Positions 17,621 through 25,350 of a stretch of DNA of 64,000 bases are shown here, one piece after another. Made by a program: the position numbers and the translations under genes. The notes beneath the pieces are model-generated. The model was not told the DNA's origin and made no database searches. It saw only the letters and a list, made by a program, of their open reading frames with translations. The stretch's first letter is position 1, and each line of letters starts with the position of its first letter. Source of the DNA: a virus (taxonomy: Duplodnaviria; Caudoviricetes); IMG/VR virus record IMGVR_UViG_3300021399_000098. One strand, written 5' to 3'.

Positions 17621-17978
17621 TTGTATTGCTCCTTTCCAAAGCCTCTTGTACTGTATTTATTAACCATGCAGCACCTGATGCAAAGAATCCATCAAGTATC
17701 ATCAACACCCACCAAGGTGCAGCACTACCAATCAATACCATGAATGGTGTGAGTGCAATTGTAGGTAATAGTAATGAATTCAACGCACTAAGTATAAATC
17801 CTACCCATGTAGGAAAACAAATCATGCAGCCGAACAATTCACCTAAATTTGAATGGATTTTCTCTGCAATTTCCCTAATCTTGTCATAAAGGTGAAAAGG
17901 GCCGTGAGCATACACAAAATGGTTTGATATTGAGTATGCCATTATAGAAAACACAAATATTACTAACCAACTATTCAT
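17610..17978 (-). CDS. DUF1360-like membrane protein
   Basis: Three hydrophobic segments and the LFGCMICFPTWVG motif. Confidence 0.65.
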   Translation of the reverse strand: MNSWLVIFVFSIMAYSISNHFVYAHGPFHLYDKIREIAEKIHSNLGELFGCMICFPTWVGFILSALNSLLLPTIALTPFMVLIGSAAPWWVLMILDGFFASGAAWLINTVQEALERSNTNEQ

Positions 17979-18432
17979 TTGATTCTACTGCAATTTCTTC
18001 ACTGTTATTTTTTTCTTCTGTCACTTTTTCGTTTTTTTTCTTCTTGGTATATTTCCTCTTTGGTTTCTCTTGTTTTTCAAAGACAAAACGCAAATTAACC
18101 AAATCATCATAAGGAGTGACTTGGAACAACTCTCTCAACTCATTGACCTTATCCTTCAATAACTGGAGTTTAAGCAATATGTCTTGGTTTGCCTTAATTG
18201 TTTGTTCAACCAAATCAAATATTTCCTCATATGTCGTATTTTTGGAATCAGCATAATAAAACGTCAGATTTGGGTCTGTCTCTGAAGGTGTGACCTTTAT
18301 TCTTCCATCATCACTTGGGTATGCTTTCCATTTGCTTGGATAAACAACCTTTACCATAAGAGCCTCATTGTACATTTCAATGCCACGAAAATAAGGTCTC
18401 ATTTCATTCATTCTATCTTGTAATGACTTCAT
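17971..18432 (-). CDS. Hypothetical protein
   Basis: 153 aa; ends in a TAG that overlaps the next start. Confidence 0.7.
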   Translation of the reverse strand: MKSLQDRMNEMRPYFRGIEMYNEALMVKVVYPSKWKAYPSDDGRIKVTPSETDPNLTFYYADSKNTTYEEIFDLVEQTIKANQDILLKLQLLKDKVNELRELFQVTPYDDLVNLRFVFEKQEKPKRKYTKKKKNEKVTEEKNNSEEIAVESNE

Positions 18433-18435
18433 GCC

Positions 18436-18627
18436 TTAAAACCCACATATTAACATTGTTAGTATATATGACAATGAAATTCCAAATACCCACAAACTCT
18501 TATTTGAAGATACTAACTTGCCACTCTTCAAGCGGAACACGCTTATGACATGAAACATGTCTATTAAAACCACAAGTGCTGCCAATATGAATAGGAACAC
18601 TTTTAATTGTAACAATAAACTTACCAT
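18436..18627 (-). CDS. Small two-TM membrane protein
   Basis: Two hydrophobic segments in 63 aa. Confidence 0.6.
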   Translation of the reverse strand: MVSLLLQLKVFLFILAALVVLIDMFHVISVFRLKSGKLVSSNKSLWVFGISLSYILTMLICGF

Positions 18628-18719
18628 ATAGCTATATTTTTATTTAATTAAATATCTTATTATACATAAAATATATAAAAATTGCCTAACAATTAAAGAA
18701 TTGTTAAGCAATTTAATAA

Positions 18720-19415
18720 TTATTTCAAGTCAAATGTTATTGATGCACCAGCCATTATTCCCCATTGTTTATTTATTACATCATAACCAGCGGTAACAGC
18801 AGGACCGAATGAAAATCTATTTAGGAACTTTCTCTTCTCTTTTTTCTTAAAGACTGTTACATCAGATATTGTTCCACCATTGTCATTACCTATTGTGATG
18901 TGGTTCGACCCATCTGGTGAATCTTGTTTATTCACAATTGTGAACTTATTGCTGACCTTTGCTTGCAATGAATACCAATTAGGTTCTGTAAATGAATTTA
19001 CATTTAACTTATATTGGAACGTGTCATTAGGTTCGCTAGTATATTCAAATGTCTTTGCCACTTGAGGAATCGTAATAGGTATTGTGTCATACACTATACT
19101 ATCCTTTATTGTTGGTTTGGTTGTGACCTTGCCAGTGTTATATTCCTTTTCATGCTTGAATTGAATCAACACTGTGATTTGGTCTTTGTACTCTTTTAAT
19201 GAATCGTAAAGCTCTTTGTTTTCCTTCTTTAATTCTTTGAAAGTCTTGTCGTAGTATATTTTGTTATACTTGTTAAGACTGTCAATGTATTCAACCTCCT
19301 CAACTAGTTTCCTTGAATGGTCATATTCCTTCTTGGTAAACCATGACAAACCGCATGTAATGATAAACAATATCAATACAATATAAAAGCATTTTTGTTT
19401 AAACGGACTTTCCAT
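18720..19415 (-). CDS. Membrane-anchored protein, possible spanin/lysis accessory
   Basis: N-terminal TM, coiled coil and a C-terminal amphipathic beta strand (GIMAGASITFDLK); next to the holin-like gene. Confidence 0.5.
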   Translation of the reverse strand: MESPFKQKCFYIVLILFIITCGLSWFTKKEYDHSRKLVEEVEYIDSLNKYNKIYYDKTFKELKKENKELYDSLKEYKDQITVLIQFKHEKEYNTGKVTTKPTIKDSIVYDTIPITIPQVAKTFEYTSEPNDTFQYKLNVNSFTEPNWYSLQAKVSNKFTIVNKQDSPDGSNHITIGNDNGGTISDVTVFKKKEKRKFLNRFSFGPAVTAGYDVINKQWGIMAGASITFDLK

Positions 19416-20193
19416 TTTGTATTTCTATTTTTTTCTCTAATTGTTTTTTAAGGTCAAGCAATTCGCCAATTGTTATACCATATGACTTGATTTTGTTTTC
19501 AATTAAATCGTGATTAGGTACTCTGTCCATGTCATGAAATGAAATACCTAAAAATCCAAGAGGCCCATTTCCATTACTCATATATACCATTGCGACAAAC
19601 TTTCCTCCATCATTTTTTAATGACTTTGCAAAGTCATAGTCAATATCCTCAATCTCATCTGCTGTGCCTATGAAAAATTTATATTTCCTCATATACTCTG
19701 GATAGGTATACATTGTAAGCGGTACATTAACATACTTTTCAAAAACTCTATCAACCCCTCTTTCTCTATTTGAAACCTCATAGTTCATATTGGCAAATGC
19801 AAATGGCAAGCCGCTAGGATTTGACATACCATTATGTAACTCAAATATAAAAACTCTATCGGCATCAAGCGTGTACAATATTGTTTCTATATCACGTTGT
19901 ATCATTGGAGTGATGTCATCCCTTATAGCTTCCTTTTCGCGTTCACTTGCTAAAAGTTTGTCTGTTGTCTTGTCAATAAATTTGTCGCTTTTGCTTATAT
20001 TATAAGCATAAAAGCCTACTAATGCTGTGGCTAGAAAGAAAAACGTAACAAAATAAACTTTAAATATTGTCTTCCACTTAGCATTTGCTATTGTATTCAC
20101 AATTGTTTTACCTATTCTAGTGAAAATCGGCTCTTTGGTCTTCTCTACTTCTGGAGAAACTTGATTGTTAATTATTATGTTACCATTTTCCAT
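19399..20193 (-). CDS. Putative holin (single TM plus GAF-like domain, T4 gpT-like architecture)
   Basis: One TM followed by ADRVFIFELHNG...LGFLGISF, a GAF-like pattern. Confidence 0.55.
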   Translation of the reverse strand: MENGNIIINNQVSPEVEKTKEPIFTRIGKTIVNTIANAKWKTIFKVYFVTFFFLATALVGFYAYNISKSDKFIDKTTDKLLASEREKEAIRDDITPMIQRDIETILYTLDADRVFIFELHNGMSNPSGLPFAFANMNYEVSNRERGVDRVFEKYVNVPLTMYTYPEYMRKYKFFIGTADEIEDIDYDFAKSLKNDGGKFVAMVYMSNGNGPLGFLGISFHDMDRVPNHDLIENKIKSYGITIGELLDLKKQLEKKIEIQNGKSV

Positions 20194-20222
20194 TTCTTAT
20201 TTAAAATTTTTATATAGGTTTA

Positions 20223-21032
20223 TTAATCCATTAACTTTCTAGCCTTTTTCACCATATCGGCAAATTCGTTATTCTCTTGCACTCTAAAGTTAGATGTGGA
20301 TATGTGAGATTCAGCACTCTTGTAACCCCAAAGCTGCTTGATTCTTTCCTTCTGTTCGTTGACCAACTTCATGTTGACCTTCTTAGTTACTTTTGGCTCT
20401 TTGGAGTTCCACTCAACCAAATACTGGTTGTCTGAACTGTCTCTCATGATAAATTTGTTTCCTTCAGTTTTATATTCATCAGGTATCTTTGACATCATAT
20501 GACCTTCAGAAATAAATTGCGTGTTCTTGAAAGATAACATTTTTATTTTCTTTGACTCATACATTGTTTTATCATTTTTTTCTATGTCAGTTTTATTTAA
20601 TTCACGGCTAGTTAGACCTATTTCACTTGCGACATCCTTGCCCTTCTTTGCCAATTCAGCATGTTCTTTAGCCGCATTGTAAAACTCACCCTTCTTGTCA
20701 AAGGTTGCGTTTCCAAACTCATCGTCCTTGTGTTTGTCTTCTGCATCTTTTGATACATAACCCTTCATCTGGGACTTTGTTCTGTCCATGAATGGCTTGC
20801 TGATGTTATCATATCTTAGGTCATGCATACCTAAGTTGTCAGTATGAATTTTAGTGTCACCTTTCTTGCTTGAAAGTCCACCGTCATATTTTTCGGTCTC
20901 CTTCTTGATGTCACTGTAAGCCTTATCGTTGATTTTCTTAGACTCATCGTCTCCAAAAACGACTGGTTTAAATTCGTTTTGACTTTCCTTGATAACTCTT
21001 CTCAAATCGCCTACGTTAATCTTTGTTACCAT
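20223..21032 (-). CDS. Hypothetical protein, probably virion-associated
   Basis: 269 aa; N-terminal DLRRVIKES motif. Confidence 0.7.
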   Translation of the reverse strand: MVTKINVGDLRRVIKESQNEFKPVVFGDDESKKINDKAYSDIKKETEKYDGGLSSKKGDTKIHTDNLGMHDLRYDNISKPFMDRTKSQMKGYVSKDAEDKHKDDEFGNATFDKKGEFYNAAKEHAELAKKGKDVASEIGLTSRELNKTDIEKNDKTMYESKKIKMLSFKNTQFISEGHMMSKIPDEYKTEGNKFIMRDSSDNQYLVEWNSKEPKVTKKVNMKLVNEQKERIKQLWGYKSAESHISTSNFRVQENNEFADMVKKARKLMD

Positions 21033-21039
21033 AATTTAT

Positions 21040-21189
21040 TTATTTAAATTGATTTATGTATAATCCTCTTAGCATCTGCTCAAACATGAGCCTTGTTCTT
21101 TCTTTGCCATTAACACCGTCCTCATGCAACTTATCATTAATTTCACGGACACGCTTAACAGCTTCTTCATTTAAATCGTAATCTATCAT
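21040..21189 (-). CDS. Small hypothetical protein (49 aa)
   Basis: Below the track cut-off: MIDYDLNEEAVKRVREINDKLHEDG...QFK*; fills the gap between its neighbours. Confidence 0.65.
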   Translation of the reverse strand: MIDYDLNEEAVKRVREINDKLHEDGVNGKERTRLMFEQMLRGLYINQFK

Positions 21190-21194
21190 TTTTC

Positions 21195-21494
21195 TCAAAC
21201 TTTATGCTTTGGTATTGATATTGACCCACCTTTACCATTTTTTCTTTCCATCGCTGGAGTCATATCAACTTCTGACATTTTGCTTGACTTATTTCCCTTT
21301 GGACTATAACCCTTTCTTCTTTGTACAGCGCCAAATGGAACATCAAAAGCACCAACACGGTCACTAGAAGCACTTGTAGCACCTGGAGTAGCGGCATCAC
21401 CGCCCATAGCCCCATCTTCTTTCAATATTCTAATTACAGATTCTTTTACGATATTATGCAAATCACTTTCTGTAAGTCTTATGATTTTTTTCAT
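21195..21494 (-). CDS. Hypothetical protein with LTESDLH leader motif
   Basis: MKKIIRLTESDLHNIVKESVIRILKE. Confidence 0.8.
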   Translation of the reverse strand: MKKIIRLTESDLHNIVKESVIRILKEDGAMGGDAATPGATSASSDRVGAFDVPFGAVQRRKGYSPKGNKSSKMSEVDMTPAMERKNGKGGSISIPKHKV

Positions 21495-21568
21495 GTAAAC
21501 ACTTTTATTTATAAATAAATATCACGATTATGTCAAAACTGATTGTTAAAGTTATTTAACATAGAATA

Positions 21569-21600
21569 TTTGGCTTATTCACAATAATGTAGTACATTTG
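21569..21600 (+). promoter_or_regulatory. Bacteroidota-type promoter
   Basis: TTTG-N20-TACATTTG. Confidence 0.7.
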
Positions 21601-21622
21601 CAATAACAAAAGATTATATACA

Positions 21623-22048
21623 ATGATAGCAGATTTCAACACAATGCCTAGGGTGTTCAGTGAGTGCAACAGAAAATACTTCAACCATTCACTCCCTTCC
21701 CCTAAATTTGGGTTATTGAACAAAACTAGCATATTGGCTAGGTTTGAATACAATAAGGACAAAAAGGGAAAACACCCAATTAAATGGCAAACATTATATT
21801 TTTCAGATTGCTTTGATTTCGATGAAAAGGATTTCATTGAAATAATGGTTCATGAAATGATTCATTACTACATTGCTTGGAACGGAATCAAAGACAATGG
21901 TGCTCATGGAAAAGAATTCATGAAAATCGCAAATGAGTTAAATGAAAAATATGGTTTGAACATAACCAAAGCAAAAGATGCATCTTCATTCAAAAAGACT
22001 GAAAATGCACCTAAAAATAAGAGTTTACTTAAAATACTTTTTGGGTAA
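21623..22048 (+). CDS. SprT-like zinc metalloprotease
   Basis: NRKYF..L, HEMIH, HGKEF motifs. Confidence 0.88.
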   Translation: MIADFNTMPRVFSECNRKYFNHSLPSPKFGLLNKTSILARFEYNKDKKGKHPIKWQTLYFSDCFDFDEKDFIEIMVHEMIHYYIAWNGIKDNGAHGKEFMKIANELNEKYGLNITKAKDASSFKKTENAPKNKSLLKILFG

Positions 22049-22049
22049 A

Positions 22050-22580
22050 TTACCTAGTAAATGCGTTTCTTCTGTTTTGGAATCTTCCACTGATGCTTCT
22101 TGCGCCACCACCGCTTAACGTTGCGATAAGTTGGTCAATCAAAGCACCTTGCTTACCTATTACACTGTATTGACCTAGGCTTTGAAGCTTTTGGTCAGCA
22201 GCCTTTAAGTTGTTAAGTGCATTTACTGCATTTTGGATTGCTTTCTGAGCGTCTTGGTTAGCAGAACCTGTTTGATAAGTATTCTTTGCGTTTGTGTATG
22301 CTTTACCCATAGCTTGTCCAGCTTGGCCAAGTTTATCACCAACAGCATTTGCTGCTTGTCCAAGCTTATTGCCGACAGAATTTGCTGCTTGACCTACTGT
22401 GTTTGCCATGTTTTGACCCATTCTCTTAGCACCATTGCCAAACTTGCTGCCAAGGGTGCTCAATCCACCCAAAAACCCTTCATCCATACCATTTTCAATT
22501 AGGTATGCTCTAACAGCATTCTCTACAACGAAATGCAAGTCTTGTTCGGTTAGAACCATTGTTTGTTTGTTGCTTGCCAT
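22050..22580 (-). CDS. Ala/Gly/Gln-rich helical protein with LTEQDLH leader and 11-aa repeats
   Basis: VLTEQDLHFVVENAV; repeats ANTVGQA-ANSVGNKLGQA-ANAVGDKLGQA. Confidence 0.75.
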   Translation of the reverse strand: MASNKQTMVLTEQDLHFVVENAVRAYLIENGMDEGFLGGLSTLGSKFGNGAKRMGQNMANTVGQAANSVGNKLGQAANAVGDKLGQAGQAMGKAYTNAKNTYQTGSANQDAQKAIQNAVNALNNLKAADQKLQSLGQYSVIGKQGALIDQLIATLSGGGARSISGRFQNRRNAFTR

Positions 22581-22585
22581 AATTA

Positions 22586-22798
22586 TTAACCTTGTGCTTC
22601 AGTATCCCCACTTTCTAGAGCGTCATTATTTTCTTCTTCATTTTCACTGTCTTCGTCTTCATTTTTCTTTCCAAAGACATATTTTCTGTTTTTAATTTCT
22701 CCAACTTCGGAAATTGGGAATAACTTATCAGAGTCCTTTGCGAAATCTCCACTTTCCTCATATCCGTAGAAATCAAGCGTTCTAACAAATTTCTTCAT
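22586..22798 (-). CDS. Small acidic hypothetical protein
   Basis: 70 aa, in an operon. Confidence 0.6.
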   Translation of the reverse strand: MKKFVRTLDFYGYEESGDFAKDSDKLFPISEVGEIKNRKYVFGKKNEDEDSENEEENNDALESGDTEAQG

Positions 22799-22830
22799 TT
22801 TTACTATTTTTAGTGTATATTATTTTTCAA

Positions 22831-23304
22831 CTACATTAAATCATTATATAGTTTTCTTATTTTATCCTTGAAATTTTCCTTGTGAACCTTATATGACACA
22901 TAATATTTGGAAACTTTCTTGCCAGTAGTTTCATCAAATGGTTCATCAATGTTTTCCTTCTTGGTTATTACGTTATAGTCATATAGCTTTTTTCTAAGCT
23001 CACCATTGTGAATACCAAGGCCAATCAAAACGTTACTAGGTTTTGTCTTTATTGGGTCGTTCAGCAAGCCCTTTATAAATTTTACAACTTCTTCATAGAA
23101 AGTCAAAAATGGAATCTTCTTCTTCCCATCATCTTCGGCAGTGTCTTCATCAGAATCTTCTTTTGAGTCGGTTTTCTTGGCTTTGCCTACAATTTTTCCA
23201 ATTTCTTTGTTAAGCTTCTCCAACTCATCTTCCAAATCATCAATACTGTCCGAAACACTTAAAAGGTCGTTGAACTTTGATTCGTTTATATGTATTAACT
23301 TCAT
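22831..23304 (-). CDS. Hypothetical protein
   Basis: 157 aa; N-terminal IHINESKF; TAG stop. Confidence 0.7.
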   Translation of the reverse strand: MKLIHINESKFNDLLSVSDSIDDLEDELEKLNKEIGKIVGKAKKTDSKEDSDEDTAEDDGKKKIPFLTFYEEVVKFIKGLLNDPIKTKPSNVLIGLGIHNGELRKKLYDYNVITKKENIDEPFDETTGKKVSKYYVSYKVHKENFKDKIRKLYNDLM

Positions 23305-23510
23305 CTAGTCACTCCCCCTTTCCATGTACTGCTGCGATTCCAAAGAGTCCTATACAAATCTTCAATTACTTCGGCTGTTATTTCCTTCACAGCCTTTTTG
23401 AAATCCTTTGAGTTATAGGCAGAAGACAAACGGTTGGATACAATTGATTCAACCTCAGTCTTTGACAACTCTTCGTTTATTATTTCTTTTATTCTATTAT
23501 CTGAAATCAT
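23301..23510 (-). CDS. Hypothetical protein
   Basis: 69 aa; IKEIINEE; ATGA overlap. Confidence 0.7.
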   Translation of the reverse strand: MISDNRIKEIINEELSKTEVESIVSNRLSSAYNSKDFKKAVKEITAEVIEDLYRTLWNRSSTWKGGVTR

Positions 23511-23621
23511 TGTACACAGTTATTTACATATAAATATAACAAATAACAAAAAAGGATGCCATTTCTAGCACCCTTTCTTTAATATTTAAACTCCTATTGC
23601 CTAAATTCTTTTTTTTTGTCG

Positions 23622-24197
23622 TTAGTCCTTACTTTCTGCGGCTTTCTTTAGTTTTTCCATCAAATCACCATCTTGAGTGATTGAATCTTTCCAATTGCTA
23701 AATGCATCCCTAATTTTTCCTAGAGTCCTAGCATTGGTTTCAGTTAGCTGCATTGCCTCTGTCCATATATAGCATCCATCGCCACTAGGGTCGTTATACC
23801 TGAACTGGAACTTCAAGTTTAAAGTATTAATCTTACCATTTAAAGTCATATCATCAGACTTTGGATAATACTTTAAGGCATCACTTTCCAACGTAATATT
23901 CTCACCTACTGTCTTCCTTAATGCTTCTTCTTGGGATGTCCTTACATCACCGAACTGCGGAGTGTCTTTTTTTACCACAAAAGATTCCTTGTGGGCTTCA
24001 TCAACGGTCTCTTCCTCTGTCAAGATTTTTTTTTTATTATTCTCAACAGCCTCTTGCATTAAAATCTTAGACCTTGTGACGAAATTATCATTTTCTTTTG
24101 ATTCCATCACAAATTCTTGTGCTGCCTTTTTTGCTTGATTAACCCTTCCTTCTCTAAGTTTTTCAAGCATTTTTTTGGTTACGCTCATTTCTGTCAT
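23622..24197 (-). CDS. Hypothetical protein
   Basis: Start moved to MTEMSV, directly after the upstream stop. Confidence 0.75.
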   Translation of the reverse strand: MTEMSVTKKMLEKLREGRVNQAKKAAQEFVMESKENDNFVTRSKILMQEAVENNKKKILTEEETVDEAHKESFVVKKDTPQFGDVRTSQEEALRKTVGENITLESDALKYYPKSDDMTLNGKINTLNLKFQFRYNDPSGDGCYIWTEAMQLTETNARTLGKIRDAFSNWKDSITQDGDLMEKLKKAAESKD

Positions 24198-24198
24198 A

Positions 24199-24579
24199 TT
24201 AGTAGTCCATTTCTTGTCCATTCCACAAGTAACCGAACAAATGGTTTATTCTTTCGTTCACTTTATGGTTATTTATTTTCTTTATGTTTTCTATTTTTTC
24301 TTTGGCCTTTTCAACCATTTCTTCTTTAGGCGTGTTGACAAATTCGTCTAAATCATTGTTCTTCTCAACTAGGATTTCACCAGCGACATGCCTTAGAACT
24401 TGTTCCATTAGCTTTACATCCTCTTCAGGCATTTCTGCCTCTTCCACATCAATCAGCTCGTTGTTGGTGTCAACCTCTTCCATAACTGTTTCAACTGCTT
24501 CAGCAACTGGTTTTTCATCCTTTTTCCTAGATGTTGTTTTTTTAGTTGTTGTCTTTTTAGTTGTTTCTTTTTTTGCCAT
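24199..24579 (-). CDS. Hypothetical protein with Lys/Thr-rich N-terminus
   Basis: MAKKETTKKTTTKKTTSRKK followed by an acidic region. Confidence 0.7.
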   Translation of the reverse strand: MAKKETTKKTTTKKTTSRKKDEKPVAEAVETVMEEVDTNNELIDVEEAEMPEEDVKLMEQVLRHVAGEILVEKNNDLDEFVNTPKEEMVEKAKEKIENIKKINNHKVNERINHLFGYLWNGQEMDY

Positions 24580-24609
24580 ATTAAACTGTTTTATTTCTAA
24601 TAAATATTA

Positions 24610-25329
24610 TTAAATAAATAAATCTTCAAAATCATCGCATAACATTATTCTTGAGCGTAACTTCCTTATCGCATTAGACTTAATTTGTCTGACTCTTTCA
24701 CTTGTCAAATTATACTTTTTGCCGATGTCAATTAGATTTAATTCTTTTTTATTGTTTATCCCATAATAATATTCAATAATATCCCTTTCCCTTTCGTTAA
24801 GGCTTTTCATGATTTTTTCAACAACCGCTTTTTGATTAAGAGTAATTTCCTTTACCTTTTCATCGTATTCGTTGGAATATAATGAATTAGACGAACTAGA
24901 TTCATCTTCTTCATCTACAAGCTTATTATCAATCGTGGAATCATTGTTTTCATTAGGTTCAATTTCAACAAAATTAATCGCCTTATTCTTCTTGATTGCA
25001 TCACTCATTGCTTGCCTAATCCACCATACGGCATAGGATATAAACTTTACATCCTTGGACTCATCGAACTTATCTATCGCTTTTAAAAGCCCCATATTCC
25101 CTTCTGAAATAAGTTCAGATATGGATAGGCCGCGACCAGTGTAATGTTTGGCAACATCAAACACAAATTTCAAATTAGCTTCCAAAAGTTCATTTTTTGC
25201 CTTTGTGCTGCCTCTCTTGCTCTGTTTAAGCAACCTTTTTTCTTTCGCCTTAGTTAAAGGTTTGTATTTTTTCAAATCGTCATAATATACTCTGACTGTA
25301 CTAGTGAAATCATTTGCATATTGATTCAT
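24610..25329 (-). CDS. Phage-encoded sigma70-family RNA polymerase sigma factor
   Basis: Region 2 ANLKFV..VAKHY..RGL...LISEGNMGLLKAIDKFD...KFISYAVWWIRQ; region 4 LTSERVRQI...AIRKLR. Confidence 0.93.
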   Translation of the reverse strand: MNQYANDFTSTVRVYYDDLKKYKPLTKAKEKRLLKQSKRGSTKAKNELLEANLKFVFDVAKHYTGRGLSISELISEGNMGLLKAIDKFDESKDVKFISYAVWWIRQAMSDAIKKNKAINFVEIEPNENNDSTIDNKLVDEEDESSSSNSLYSNEYDEKVKEITLNQKAVVEKIMKSLNERERDIIEYYYGINNKKELNLIDIGKKYNLTSERVRQIKSNAIRKLRSRIMLCDDFEDLFI

Positions 25330-25350
25330 ATTAATTGGTTAAACATTTAA

